Part shown: piece by piece, positions 29,028 through 40,311 of the stretch | How the letters are laid out: the number at the start of each line of letters is the position of its first letter | Position numbering within the stretch: position 1 is the first letter of the stretch | Assembly: GCA_048940645.1 (NCBI GenBank) | Contig: JBHLOI010000001.1 | Coordinates: forward strand, 103,636-167,635 | Direction: 5' to 3' | From: Promethearchaeota archaeon | Lineage (GTDB): Archaea; Asgardarchaeota; Lokiarchaeia; Sigyniarchaeales; SOKP01 | DNA length: 64,000 nucleotides | The notes under the pieces: generated by a model | The model's input: only the letters and a program-made list of their open reading frames with translations | Database searches by the model: none | What the model was told of the DNA's origin: nothing | Program-made: the position numbers and the translations under genes

Positions 29028-31115
29028 ATGATTATAAAAGAAAGAAAATATAATCATCTAGTTAATGAAAAGAGTCCTTATTTACTTCAACACGTTGAAA
29101 ATCCTGTAGATTGGTACCCATGGGGAGAAGGAGCTTTTAAAAAAGCAAACGACGAAAAAAAACCAATCTTTTTATCAATAGGATACTCCACTTGCCATTG
29201 GTGTCATGTTATGGCACATGAAAGCTTTGAAAGCAAAGAGGTCGCTGATTTAATGAATAAAACATTCATTTCAATCAAAGTTGACAGAGAGGAACGTCCA
29301 GATATAGATAAAATCTATATGACTGTATGCCAGATGATGACAGGTTCAGGGGGTTGGCCCTTAACAATTCTATTAACACCTGATAAGAAGCCCTTTTTTG
29401 CAGGTACATATTTTCCTAAAGAGTCAAAATTTGGAAAAATTGGCCTTATAGACTTAATTAAGAGAGTTAAAAATCTATGGATTAATAATAGGAATGAGTT
29501 ATTAGAATCAGCTGAAAAAATTACTGCTTCTCTTAAAAATTTAACTCAAGAATCTCCTGGAGATACTTTTAATAAGAGAATTTTAAAGAAAACATATAAC
29601 CAACTTTCCTCACAATTTGATTCTAAAAAAGGGGGATTTAGTGATAAACCTAAATTTCCATCACCCCATAACTTATTATATTTACTCCGTTATTGGAAAC
29701 GTACTGGGGAGCAACATGCATTAGAAATGGTTGAAAAAACTTTGCAAGAGATAAGAAAGGGTGGAATTTATGATCATATTGGATTTGGAATTCACAGATA
29801 TTCTACAGATAGAAATTGGCTTGTTCCGCATTTTGAAAAAATGCTATATGATCAAGCTTTAGTTGCTTATACTTATATTGAAGCTTTCCAAGCAACTAAG
29901 AAAGAGATTTATAAGAAAACAGCAGAAGAAATTTTCGAATATGTAATACGTGATATGACTTCTCCCGAAGGTGGTTTTTATTCTGCTGAAGATGCGGATA
30001 GTGAGGGAGAAGAAGGAAAATTTTATGTTTGGTCAAAAGCCGAAATTGAACAAGTTCTTGATAAAGAAGAAAGTGAACTAATTATAAGTACATATAATAT
30101 CACCGAAGCGGGGAACTATTTAGAAGAAGCATCTGGAATGAAAACAGGTCGAAATATTTTACACTTAAACCAAATCCAAGTAATAGAACAAGAAGAACAG
30201 TATCCTAAGCTTGTAGGTATTCGTCAAAAATTGTTTGATTATCGTGCTAAAAGAGTACGTCCACACAGGGATGATAAGATATTAACAGACTGGAATGGAT
30301 TGATGATAGCTGCTTTAGCTAAAGGGGCAAAATCTTTTTCAAAACCAAAATACCTCAAAATTGCACAAAATGCTACTAATTTTATAATTAAGAATTTAAA
30401 GAAAGAAGATGGAGAATTACTGCATCGCTATAGGGAGGGGAAAGCGGAAATTAAAGGTTTTCTTACAGATTATGCTTTTTTTATATGGGGTTTACTTGAA
30501 ATGCTTGAAGCAACATTTAATATTAAGTATTTAGAAATTGCCTTAGAATTAAATGAATATCTATTGAAGCATTTTTGGGATGATCATATAGGCGGCTTCT
30601 ACTTTACTTCTGAATATAATGAAGAACTCTTAACACGTCAAAAGGAAATATATGACGGAGCTATACCTTCAGGAAATTCGGTTTCTATGTTAAACTTATT
30701 GCGTCTAAGTTATATTACAGGAGATTATATTTTAGAAGAGAAAGCAGACATATTAAGCAGAGTATTTTCAGAAAAGTTAGAAGCATCTCCACTAGCATAT
30801 ACACAATTTATGGTTGCTGCAGATTTTGCTGTTGGTCCTACTTATTCATTAATCATAGCAGGAAAATCAAATTCAAAAGATACAATAAATATTTTAGAAG
30901 CAGTTGAAAATGAATACTTACCAAATAAAGTGCTTTTGCTTAGAAAAATGGAACAAGAAAATCCAGATATTGACAAATTTTCGAATTTCGTCCAATTTTT
31001 TGATGATAAAGACAACAAGGCTACTGCTTATGTTTGTATCAATAAAACTTGCAAACCTCCTAGCCATGAAATTGATAAGATTCTTGAATATCTAGACTCT
31101 AATTGGGAAAAGTAA
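29028..31115 (+). CDS. Thioredoxin-domain protein of the YyaL/SPATA20 family
   Basis: [47 protein letters not shown]. Confidence 0.93.
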   Translation: MIIKERKYNHLVNEKSPYLLQHVENPVDWYPWGEGAFKKANDEKKPIFLSIGYSTCHWCHVMAHESFESKEVADLMNKTFISIKVDREERPDIDKIYMTVCQMMTGSGGWPLTILLTPDKKPFFAGTYFPKESKFGKIGLIDLIKRVKNLWINNRNELLESAEKITASLKNLTQESPGDTFNKRILKKTYNQLSSQFDSKKGGFSDKPKFPSPHNLLYLLRYWKRTGEQHALEMVEKTLQEIRKGGIYDHIGFGIHRYSTDRNWLVPHFEKMLYDQALVAYTYIEAFQATKKEIYKKTAEEIFEYVIRDMTSPEGGFYSAEDADSEGEEGKFYVWSKAEIEQVLDKEESELIISTYNITEAGNYLEEASGMKTGRNILHLNQIQVIEQEEQYPKLVGIRQKLFDYRAKRVRPHRDDKILTDWNGLMIAALAKGAKSFSKPKYLKIAQNATNFIIKNLKKEDGELLHRYREGKAEIKGFLTDYAFFIWGLLEMLEATFNIKYLEIALELNEYLLKHFWDDHIGGFYFTSEYNEELLTRQKEIYDGAIPSGNSVSMLNLLRLSYITGDYILEEKADILSRVFSEKLEASPLAYTQFMVAADFAVGPTYSLIIAGKSNSKDTINILEAVENEYLPNKVLLLRKMEQENPDIDKFSNFVQFFDDKDNKATAYVCINKTCKPPSHEIDKILEYLDSNWEK

Positions 31116-31307
31116 TTATCGTCTTTCAGTAATTACATCAATTATATCTAATGGAATATAAATTAGATTATTGTATTTATCCTTTAATACAAGTATGTCA
31201 TCATCAGTAATGGAGTCAAGAATTCCACCAAATTCTCTATCAATATGGCGAATATAAATATAAACGTCTGTTTTAACTAATCTTTCTACAATCTTTTTAG
31301 GAATCAA
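31116..31307 (-). CDS. Small protein, possible Sm/LSm-like fold
   Basis: N-terminal helix, then V.IYI..., F.GILD, ILVL and YIP...I.VI pattern resembling Sm1/Sm2; GGTG SD. Confidence 0.5.
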   Translation of the reverse strand: MIPKKIVERLVKTDVYIYIRHIDREFGGILDSITDDDILVLKDKYNNLIYIPLDIIDVITERR

Positions 31308-31736
31308 ATAAAAAACACCATAGTTTCTTAATTCTAATAATTTTTTTTAATTATTTAAGATTTAATCTTATAAGACAGAGAAATAAAAAATCCCATTTAA
31401 TTAATTAAGAAATAGACTATAATTTCTACAATCCGAATTCTTTTAACTCTTTCTCTCCTAAATTTTTTAATTCATCGGTAGATTTTACAGCATTCATCTC
31501 ATCTTGAGAAATGAATAATTTTAATACGGCTCCAATTATCTATGTGTTTTTTTTATATTATTTCTATGTATTCATGCTTTCTCATTAAACCCATATTTGA
31601 AAAAATTAAATTGTCGTTTTTTAGTAATCTAAAAAATTTTTAACAATTCTTTTATATTACATAAAAATAAATTTATTATGAATTAAAAATAAAATTAAGT
31701 AGAAAACTCCAAATTACATAGCTAAAATGAAGATAA

Positions 31737-32984
31737 ATGCCAAAAGGGCAGAGTGAAAAAATTAAGTTAATTTCTAAGTTTTTAGATAAAACCAAAGTAA
31801 TAAATTTCGATAAATTAGATTCAATCGAAGATGTTATAAATTTTCCTATTTCTAATTTTAACTTTTTAAACGATGCTGATGTAGACTTAATAAGTAGATT
31901 ATTTAAAATTAATAGTATAGGCCAATTTGCTTCTTTGGACCCTGAAAAACCTTTCGAAGTTTTATATAAGGATAATAAAACTAAGAAAAAGATTGAGCAT
32001 ATATTGCAAACTGATTTAGAAATCGAAGATAAGGTAAAAAAAGCAGTTACTATAAGTAAAGTTATTTATAAAATAAAAGAAGAGTCAATCTCATACTTAA
32101 AAAAAGAGCAAAAAGTTATCGTTGTTGGGTTAGCAAATGCTGGTAAGACAACAATACTTAAGAAATTTGGTGGTCAAATTGGAATAAAAGATTTAGCAAA
32201 ATTAAATCCAACAAAAGGAGTTGAGCGTCAGGAAATTATTACTCCTGATTTAGTACTAATAATATGGGATTTTGGTGGCCAACAAGAATATAGAGAAATT
32301 TATCTTCAAGATCCTCAGAGATATTTTTTAAAAGTTGATTTGATAATTTACGTTATTGATCTTCAAGATCCAGAAAAATTTGATGAAAGTATTAAATATT
32401 TCGAAAAAATTATTGAGAATGTCGAAAAACTTGAAGAAAAACCTTACATATTGGTTTTTATACATAAATATGATCCTGACATAAAAGATAATCCAGAAGT
32501 ATTACTTAATATAGAACTTGTAAAAGATTTAATTAAGAATATTTTTAAAAATAGAAAAAAATTTGATTATGAGATATATCTAAGTTCTATCTATTCCTTG
32601 TTAGCAAAAGAACCAAAGTTTTCAAGATATCTTAAAGAAACTATGGAAAAAACTGCTACCTTATCAGATTATAAATTAGAAGGAATGGCATCAATTTTAG
32701 AATCAACATTGAATGGAATTATTCGATTATCAGAAGTTGTAATGGATCAATATAATGAATTAAATAATAGAATAAGATTAATTGAGGGTGAATATGCAAT
32801 TACAAATGGATTAACGTCTTCATTACCCTCTCCGGAATACTCATCACCCACAGTAACTTCTCAAAAAACAAGCACTTCATCAAAATTAGTTTCAAGTAAG
32901 GAGGCTAGAAAGGCCAAGGCGGCAGTTCTTGATGAATTAAAAGAATTGATAGAGAAGAAAAATAAAAGAACAAAGAAGAAGTAA
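31737..32984 (+). CDS. Arf/Rag-like small GTPase with N-terminal extension and C-terminal coiled coil (eukaryotic signature protein)
   Basis: G1 GLANAGKTT, G2 PTKG, G3 WDFGGQ, G4 HKYD, G5 SSI. Confidence 0.9.
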   Translation: MPKGQSEKIKLISKFLDKTKVINFDKLDSIEDVINFPISNFNFLNDADVDLISRLFKINSIGQFASLDPEKPFEVLYKDNKTKKKIEHILQTDLEIEDKVKKAVTISKVIYKIKEESISYLKKEQKVIVVGLANAGKTTILKKFGGQIGIKDLAKLNPTKGVERQEIITPDLVLIIWDFGGQQEYREIYLQDPQRYFLKVDLIIYVIDLQDPEKFDESIKYFEKIIENVEKLEEKPYILVFIHKYDPDIKDNPEVLLNIELVKDLIKNIFKNRKKFDYEIYLSSIYSLLAKEPKFSRYLKETMEKTATLSDYKLEGMASILESTLNGIIRLSEVVMDQYNELNNRIRLIEGEYAITNGLTSSLPSPEYSSPTVTSQKTSTSSKLVSSKEARKAKAAVLDELKELIEKKNKRTKKK

Positions 32985-33196
32985 ATATTATTAGTTTTAC
33001 TGCTCTTTTACAAATTATAAGCTAGTATTCTTTTTTGTTAAAATTAATAATGAGTTAATTTTTAATACTAATTCTTTTTAAAGAAAACCATAAATTAGAA
33101 AAATAGAGTAATTTTATCTTATACAGAATTTGATTTAATTAATTTCATTTTAGAAAAATAACAACGTTTAAGAAAAAGATTATTAATATCGAGCAG

Positions 33197-34405
33197 GTGA
33201 ATAACATTTCAGGGGATATAGTTAAAAAGATAAATGATATGGCTAATTATTGTTATAATTGTAATCGATGTGTTAATGTATGTCCACTTTCTCACATAGA
33301 TGTTTTTTATCCCCAAAAATTAATTGTAGATTTACTTTTTTCCCCAATAAATGAAGTTTTAGAAAAACATAATATATGGGATTGTCTTACTTGTGGTCTT
33401 TGTTCTAATTATTGTCCCATGACTCAAGAGAAAGCTGGTGTTAGATTTCCAGAATTGATATTAGAATTGAGAAAAATAGCTATCCATAACCAAAGTCAAA
33501 TGGATAGAATCATTCAGTGTGAAACTCACGATGAAATATTTCCACTTATCTCAAAAATCATGTCGGATGATAAGTTGCATCCAAATAAATTAGAATTTTT
33601 GGAAAAATCATCTTTAAAAACGACAGATTTTGGTGAAATTGCATATTATGTTGGTTGTTTACCTCTTATGGACACAATTTTTTATAAATCAGATATCAAT
33701 TATATAAGCACACCAAAAACTATAATTGGTTTATTAAACGAGGCAGGTATAGTACCAGTTGTATTAAATGAAAAGTGTTGCGGGCATGATGTTTTATGGG
33801 GTAAAGGGGATAATAATACGTTTAAAAAGCTTGCCGAATATAATGTTAAACTTTACAGAGATGCGGGTGTTAAAACAATTATCTTAGGATGTGCTGAAGG
33901 ATATAGAACCTGGAAATTTGATTATCCTAAAATCGTAAAAGATTTCAATTTTAAGATTATGCATTTTTCTGAGTTTTTTCTTAAGGAAGAAATCCTTGAA
34001 AATGTTAGATTTCCACAAGAAACTAATATTAAAGTTACCTATCACGATGCATGTCGATTAGGACGTTTGGGAGGAAAATTATATGATGCTCCGAGGGAAT
34101 TACTTAAGAAAATTCCAGGAGTTGAATTAATTGAAATGGAGAATATTAAAGATGATGCGAACTGCTGTGGAGTTTCGGCTTTTATGGGATGTAATGAATC
34201 AACTCGTACTTTTAGACAAAATCGTATAAATGAAGCAATAGAAACAGGAGCAGAATATTTAATCGTACCTTGTCCTAAGTGTTTAACACATTTCGATTGC
34301 TATCTTAATGAACCCTCCTTAGAAGAAGATCATAAAAATCTAAAAAATAAAATCAAAGTTAAAGATTTGGCAAATTTTATTGGAGAACTACTTTTCCTCG
34401 TTTAA
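33197..34405 (+). CDS. hdrD: HdrD/GlpC-like Fe-S oxidoreductase (2x[4Fe-4S] + two CCG domains)
   Basis: CYNCNRCVNVCP, CLTCGLCSNYCP, EKCCG, YHDACRLGR, CCG, CPKC. Confidence 0.85.
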   Translation: MNNISGDIVKKINDMANYCYNCNRCVNVCPLSHIDVFYPQKLIVDLLFSPINEVLEKHNIWDCLTCGLCSNYCPMTQEKAGVRFPELILELRKIAIHNQSQMDRIIQCETHDEIFPLISKIMSDDKLHPNKLEFLEKSSLKTTDFGEIAYYVGCLPLMDTIFYKSDINYISTPKTIIGLLNEAGIVPVVLNEKCCGHDVLWGKGDNNTFKKLAEYNVKLYRDAGVKTIILGCAEGYRTWKFDYPKIVKDFNFKIMHFSEFFLKEEILENVRFPQETNIKVTYHDACRLGRLGGKLYDAPRELLKKIPGVELIEMENIKDDANCCGVSAFMGCNESTRTFRQNRINEAIETGAEYLIVPCPKCLTHFDCYLNEPSLEEDHKNLKNKIKVKDLANFIGELLFLV

Positions 34406-34489
34406 GTAAGGCAAAGTGTAATAAAAATGATAAATAATCTTTTTTAAAATGTATGAATATAAGAAATTTTCAATAATGGAGGATTAAAA

Positions 34490-37400
34490 TTGAGTGAAAA
34501 GAATAAAGTTGGAGCTGTAATGATCGTTGGAGCAGGAATAGGAGGTTGTCAAGCAGCATTAGATTTAGCAGATGCTGGTCTCAAAGTTTATCTTGTTGAC
34601 AAAGAACCATCCATTGGAGGGGTAATGGCCCAATTAGATAAAACATTCCCAACAAATGACTGTTCTATGTGTATTTTAGCTCCAAAACTCGTAGCTGTAG
34701 ATAGGCATCCGGATATTGAACTGATTACATACGCAGACATCATAAATCTAGAGGGTGAAGCTGGTAATTTTAATGCAACAATTAATAAAAGAACAAGATA
34801 TATCTATGAAAATAAATGCACGGGTTGCGGAGAATGCATTCAAGAGTGCCCTGTTGAAGTTCCTGATGAATTCAATCAGAAATTGAATAATCGAAAAGCA
34901 ATATATCTTCAATTCCCTCAGGCAGTACCATTCAAAGTCCAAATAGACAAACGAGGAATTCCTCCTTGTGTTGATGCCTGCCCTGCTCATGTAAATGCCC
35001 AAGGTTATGTTGCTTTAATCTCCAAAAAAAGTTATCAAGAAGCCTTGAACTTAATTAGAGAGAGATGTCCGCTTCCATCTGTTATCGGACGGATTTGTCC
35101 TCATTTTTGTGAAGAAGTATGTAATAGAGCGGAAGTAGATGACTCTATTAATATTTGTGGTCTAAAGAGGTTTGTAGCCGATTATGTTATGGATAATCTT
35201 AAAGAAGAAATTACATTCTTAGAAGATAAAAAGGAAGAAAAAGTAGCTATTGTTGGTTCAGGTCCAGCGGGACTTACTGTTGCATATCACCTAGCAAAAC
35301 TCGGGTATTCCGTAACTATTTTTGAAAAAGAACCTGTCGCAGGTGGAATGCTTAGACTTGGTATTCCTGATTATAGATTACCCCCAGAAATTTTAGAAAG
35401 AGATATTGAATATATTAAGAAATTAGGTGTTGAAATAAAAACTAATACACCAATAGGTCCTGATTTAACTTTAGAAGATTTAAAAAATCAAGGTTATAAA
35501 GCTATTTTTATCGCCATAGGTCTTCATAATAGTCGTAAAATGGATTTTGAATGCGAAAATATTGATGATGTAATATACGGTGTTGATTTTCTGAAAGAAG
35601 TGAATTTATCAAGAAATGTACCTAATCTTAAAGATAAAGTTGTAGGAATAGTTGGTGGGGGAGATGTTGCAATGGATGCTGCAAGGTCATCCATACGATT
35701 AGGTGCTAAAAAAGTAATAATCATCTATCGAAGATCTGAACAAGAAATGCCTGCTTCAAGGGAAGAAATAGAAAGAGCAAGAGAAGAGGGTATTGAATTC
35801 AAATTTCTAACCGTACCTACTAAAGATGCCAGCGGTAAAAAAGTAAAGCTTGCTGAAATTGAATGCGTACAAATGAAACTTGGTAAGCCTGATGAATCTG
35901 GAAGGCGAAGACCTATCGCAATTGAAGGTTCTGAATTTAAGATGAAGATAGATACTCTAATAATTTCTGTAGGACAGGAACCTGATTGTTCTTTAGTGGA
36001 ATCTGCTTCTCAGAATAAATTAAATATTAATAAATGGGGCTATATTGAAGCAGATAAAACGACATTTAAAACTAATATTTCTGGTGTTTTTGCTGGAGGA
36101 GAAATCACTACTGGTGCTGGCTCTGCTATAGAAGCGATAGCAACAGGGAATAAAGCCGCTATAGTAATAGAAAAATACTTAAAGGGAGAAGAAATTTCCG
36201 AACTAAAAGAAACCATACCAGACTATAAAGTAGAGGATGTAGTTACTATTGCTGATATTGAAGATGTTGATAGTGTAGCATGTCAAGATAGAGGAGAGTT
36301 CAGTATATGTTTACCTGAAGAACGTATATACAATTTTAATGAAGTTGCAAGCACTATGGATGAAGATTCTTCTATTGAAGAAGCTCAACGTTGTCTTAAT
36401 TGTGGATCTTGCTGTGAGTGTTTCGAATGTGTGAGAACTTGTCAAGCAAATGCTGTTGATCATAACTTAACTGATGAAACTATCTCTATAAATATTGGAG
36501 CTGTAATATTAGCTCTTGGATCTGATGAATATGAACCAAAAATAGGAAATATTTATGGATATGGTGAATATCCAAATGTTATATCAAGTATAGAATTCGA
36601 ACGTATTCTCAATGCTTCGGGTCCATTTAAGGGAGAGGTTATTCGTCCTTCAGATAATATGCATCCGGAAAAAATAGCTTTTTTGCAATGTGTTGGTTCT
36701 CGAGATAAAAAAATAAATCATGAATACTGTTCTTCAGTGTGTTGCATGTATACTACAAAAGAAGCTGTTATTGCTAAAGAACATTTGAATACACTTGAGC
36801 CCACTATTTTTAGTATGGACATACGGGCATACGGAAAAGATTTTGACAAATACATTGAACGAGCTAAAAGTGATTACGGGATAAGATATATTAGAAGTAG
36901 GATTTCAACTATTAAGGAAATTACCGAATCAAATGATTTAAAAATTAGGTTCGAAACTGATGAGGGAGAAATAAAAGAAGAAATATTTAATATGGTTGTT
37001 TTGTCTGTGGGATTACAACCTAACTCAAACGCTATAGCGTTAGCAAAAAAATTAAATGTTGAATTGAATGAGTATAACTTTTGTAAAACATCTACTTTTA
37101 ATCCAATTGAGACTTCAAGACCAGGTATTTATGTATGTGGGACTTTTAAAGAACCTAAAGATATTCCAGAAACTGTTGTTGAAGCTAGTGCAGCTGCTGG
37201 AGCTGTGAATGTGCTTCTTTCTGATGTTAGAAATACATTGGTGGCTGAAAAGAAATATTATGATGAAATTGATGTCAGTGGGGAGCCACCTCGAATTGGA
37301 GTCTTCGTTTGTCATTGTGGAATTAATATTGGAGGCGTTGTTGACGTTCCTGAAGTGGTTGAATATGCTAGTAAATTACCAGATGTAGTATATACTGAAA

Positions 37401-39436
37401 GAAATTTATACACTTGCTCAGCAGATACTCAAACGATTATTAAAGAAAAGATAAAGGAGTATAACTTAAATAGAGTAATCGTTGCTTCTTGTACACCTAG
37501 AACGCATGAACCATTATTTCAAGCAACAATAAGAGAAGCAGGGTTAAACAAATATCTTTTTGATTTGGCAAATATTCGAGATCAATGTTCCTGGGTACAT
37601 ATGCATGAACCAGAAAAAGCTACAGAGAAAGCTAAGGATTTAGTTAGGATGTCTGTTGCAAAAGCAAGAAATTTAGTTCCATTACAGGAACAAAGAGTGG
37701 AAGTAGTTAATAAAGGATTGGTAATAGGTGGGGGTGTAGCTGGAATGACAGCTGCTTTAAACTTAGCAGATCAGGGATATACAACATATTTAATTGAGAA
37801 GGGTGATAAATTAGGAGGTTTTGCTAATCAGATTTATCAAACTTTAGAAAACAATGATGTCCAAATGTTAATTACTAATTTAGTGGAAAGGGTTAATAAC
37901 CATGAGTTTATTAATGTTTTTCTCGAAGCAAATATTAATTCTGTTACAGGTTATCTAGGTAATTTTACCACAGAAATAATCCTTGAAGGAGGAAATGAAG
38001 AAACGAAATTAAATCATGGAATAATTATTGTAGCAACAGGAACAGAGGAATATCTGCCTAAAGATAATGAATTCCTATATAATAAGGATGAAAGAATTAT
38101 AACTCAATCAAAACTCGAAGAAATTCTCTTTATGGATGAAAATAAAATAAAGGAATTGAAATCAATTGTAATGATCCAATGTATAGGCTCTAGAAACGAC
38201 GAACATCCTTATTGCAGCAGGATGTGTTGTGCAGAAGCAATAAAAAATGCATTAAAAGCAAAAGAAATTAATCCAGATATTAATATTACAATTTTATTCC
38301 GTGATATTAGAACTTATGGTTTTAAGGAGAAATATTATAATTTAGCAAGAGAAAAAGGTATTCTTTTCATTAGATTTGATGAAAAGCAACCCCCCGAAGT
38401 TATAAATAAAGATAATGAATTACAAGTTATATTAGACAAGTCAGATTTGGGAGAAATTAAAATTAATACTGATATGGCAGTTTTAAGCGCAGGAATTGAA
38501 GCTCCTGAGGGAAATTTTGAACTAGCTAAATTATTAAAAGTTCCTCTTAATGAGGACAATTTCTTTTTGGAAGCTCATGTTAAATTAAGACCTTCTGATT
38601 TCGCAACAGATGGAATCTTTTTATGCGGAACTGCACGAGGACCTGCAAATATCAGTGAAAGTATAGCGCAAGCGAATTCTGCAGCAGCTAGAGCAATGAC
38701 AATATTATCAAAAGAGATTTTAGAGACTGAAGGTGTAACTTCCTATGTTAATGAAGATAAATGTATAGGTTGTGGTCAATGTGCTGAAATTTGTCCCTAT
38801 AATGCTATTGAACTAGTTGAGACTACTAAACAAATGGGATTATATAGTAATGATATAAAGAAGGCTCACGTAATAAAGGCTCTTTGTAAAGGATGTGGAA
38901 CCTGTTTCGCAGAATGCCCTGTTTCTGCTATATCTATGAGCCATTTTGGAAATGAACAGATAAAACCAATGATTACTGAAGCAGTTAAATCAGAGGAAAA
39001 AGCTTGGGAACCAAGAATAGTCGCATTTCTCTGTAATTGGTGCTCTTATGCCGGTGCTGATCTGGCAGGTGTAAGTAGATATCAATATCCTCCAAATCTA
39101 AGAATTATTAGAGTCATGTGCTCAGGAGGTATGTCTAAGAGTTATATTTTAAAGGCGTTTTTGGATGGAGCGGATGGTGTATTTATAGCAGGGTGTCACC
39201 TTGGAGATTGTCATTATATAAGTGGGAATGAAAATGCCTATCTTCGCTTGGAGAACCTTCAGAAACTGTTAAAAATGGTTGGAATTGAAGAAGAAAGGAT
39301 TCAGATTCATCAGATTTCCGCCAGTGAGGGGAAACAATTCTCAGAACACATATCAGAATTTACAGAAATAATCAAAAAATTGGGAGAATCGAAAATACCA
39401 AGTAAAGTGAGTAAGGCAAAAATTGGATCTAACTAA
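34490..39436 (+). CDS. hdrA: Large HdrA-like flavoprotein fusion (HdrA + GltD/NfnB-like NAD(P)H module + second HdrA + MvhD)
   Basis: GAGIGG..LDKTFPTNDC; PCVDACP, GRICPHFCE, GSGPAG, GGGDVAMD/YRRS; two QC.GSR...CS..CC; GVFVCHCG; terminal AFLCNWCSYAGADLAG. Confidence 0.9.
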   Translation: MSEKNKVGAVMIVGAGIGGCQAALDLADAGLKVYLVDKEPSIGGVMAQLDKTFPTNDCSMCILAPKLVAVDRHPDIELITYADIINLEGEAGNFNATINKRTRYIYENKCTGCGECIQECPVEVPDEFNQKLNNRKAIYLQFPQAVPFKVQIDKRGIPPCVDACPAHVNAQGYVALISKKSYQEALNLIRERCPLPSVIGRICPHFCEEVCNRAEVDDSINICGLKRFVADYVMDNLKEEITFLEDKKEEKVAIVGSGPAGLTVAYHLAKLGYSVTIFEKEPVAGGMLRLGIPDYRLPPEILERDIEYIKKLGVEIKTNTPIGPDLTLEDLKNQGYKAIFIAIGLHNSRKMDFECENIDDVIYGVDFLKEVNLSRNVPNLKDKVVGIVGGGDVAMDAARSSIRLGAKKVIIIYRRSEQEMPASREEIERAREEGIEFKFLTVPTKDASGKKVKLAEIECVQMKLGKPDESGRRRPIAIEGSEFKMKIDTLIISVGQEPDCSLVESASQNKLNINKWGYIEADKTTFKTNISGVFAGGEITTGAGSAIEAIATGNKAAIVIEKYLKGEEISELKETIPDYKVEDVVTIADIEDVDSVACQDRGEFSICLPEERIYNFNEVASTMDEDSSIEEAQRCLNCGSCCECFECVRTCQANAVDHNLTDETISINIGAVILALGSDEYEPKIGNIYGYGEYPNVISSIEFERILNASGPFKGEVIRPSDNMHPEKIAFLQCVGSRDKKINHEYCSSVCCMYTTKEAVIAKEHLNTLEPTIFSMDIRAYGKDFDKYIERAKSDYGIRYIRSRISTIKEITESNDLKIRFETDEGEIKEEIFNMVVLSVGLQPNSNAIALAKKLNVELNEYNFCKTSTFNPIETSRPGIYVCGTFKEPKDIPETVVEASAAAGAVNVLLSDVRNTLVAEKKYYDEIDVSGEPPRIGVFVCHCGINIGGVVDVPEVVEYASKLPDVVYTERNLYTCSADTQTIIKEKIKEYNLNRVIVASCTPRTHEPLFQATIREAGLNKYLFDLANIRDQCSWVHMHEPEKATEKAKDLVRMSVAKARNLVPLQEQRVEVVNKGLVIGGGVAGMTAALNLADQGYTTYLIEKGDKLGGFANQIYQTLENNDVQMLITNLVERVNNHEFINVFLEANINSVTGYLGNFTTEIILEGGNEETKLNHGIIIVATGTEEYLPKDNEFLYNKDERIITQSKLEEILFMDENKIKELKSIVMIQCIGSRNDEHPYCSRMCCAEAIKNALKAKEINPDINITILFRDIRTYGFKEKYYNLAREKGILFIRFDEKQPPEVINKDNELQVILDKSDLGEIKINTDMAVLSAGIEAPEGNFELAKLLKVPLNEDNFFLEAHVKLRPSDFATDGIFLCGTARGPANISESIAQANSAAARAMTILSKEILETEGVTSYVNEDKCIGCGQCAEICPYNAIELVETTKQMGLYSNDIKKAHVIKALCKGCGTCFAECPVSAISMSHFGNEQIKPMITEAVKSEEKAWEPRIVAFLCNWCSYAGADLAGVSRYQYPPNLRIIRVMCSGGMSKSYILKAFLDGADGVFIAGCHLGDCHYISGNENAYLRLENLQKLLKMVGIEEERIQIHQISASEGKQFSEHISEFTEIIKKLGESKIPSKVSKAKIGSN

Positions 39437-39471
39437 TTTTTTTAAAAAAAGGATTAATAAATTATTTTAGT

Positions 39472-40311
39472 TTAATATTCACTTGGCATTTTTTTAAGTT
39501 CTGCCAACGAAAAAACTGGACCATCAACACATACGTATTTATTACCTATATTGCATCTGCCACACTTTCCTATGCCACACTTCATTCTCATTTCTAAGGA
39601 ATTTAAAATTTGCTCATCTTTAAATTTTAATTCTTCAAGTACGGTAATGGTGGTTTTAATCATGATTGGAGGGCCACACACGACAGCAATGGCATTATCA
39701 GGAGATGGTGCGACTTCCTTAACCACAGGGGCGACAAACCCTACTTTTTCAGTCCATCCTTCTTCTTCGCGATCAATAGTGAGTATAACATTAATATCAT
39801 CCCTTTTTTTCCAAGCTTCTAAGTCTTGTTGATATAATACTTCTCCTGAATCACGATTTCCATAAACAACAGTTATATTATTATAGTCTTTGCGATGCTT
39901 ATCGTCTAAAATATAAATAACAAGTGATCTTAACGTAGAAAATGCAAATCCTCCTCCTATTACAACAATATTTTTACCTTTCATTTCTTCCATTGGCCAT
40001 CCATTTCCACAAGGACCTCTTATACCAACCGTATTTCCTACCTCGCAATTATGAAATCCTGAAGTCACAATTCCCATTTTTTTTATAGTAAACTTAATAG
40101 AACCTTCTTCTGTTGGAGAGGAGGCTATTCCTATGGGACATTCTCCTTTTCCAATAAGACTTATTTCAGCAAATTGTCCTGGGATATATTGAAAGCCTTT
40201 ATAATCTTCTTCATTCTTAAAAACTAGATCCAGGGTTTTTATATCGTTTACTTTATTCTCTGAGACAATATCTTTGATTGTAGTAAGCATCGGAATATAT
40301 GGATTAGACAG
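39472..40311 (-). CDS. flxA: FlxA / AsrB-like FAD/NAD-binding [2Fe-2S] subunit; start probably CTG at 40311
   Basis: PGQF, RGP.GNG, GGG, CGPP.M, MKCGIGKCGRC...C.DGPVF; upstream in-frame LSNPYIP after a GGAG SD. Confidence 0.82.
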   Translation of the reverse strand: MSNPYIPMLTTIKDIVSENKVNDIKTLDLVFKNEEDYKGFQYIPGQFAEISLIGKGECPIGIASSPTEEGSIKFTIKKMGIVTSGFHNCEVGNTVGIRGPCGNGWPMEEMKGKNIVVIGGGFAFSTLRSLVIYILDDKHRKDYNNITVVYGNRDSGEVLYQQDLEAWKKRDDINVILTIDREEEGWTEKVGFVAPVVKEVAPSPDNAIAVVCGPPIMIKTTITVLEELKFKDEQILNSLEMRMKCGIGKCGRCNIGNKYVCVDGPVFSLAELKKMPSEY

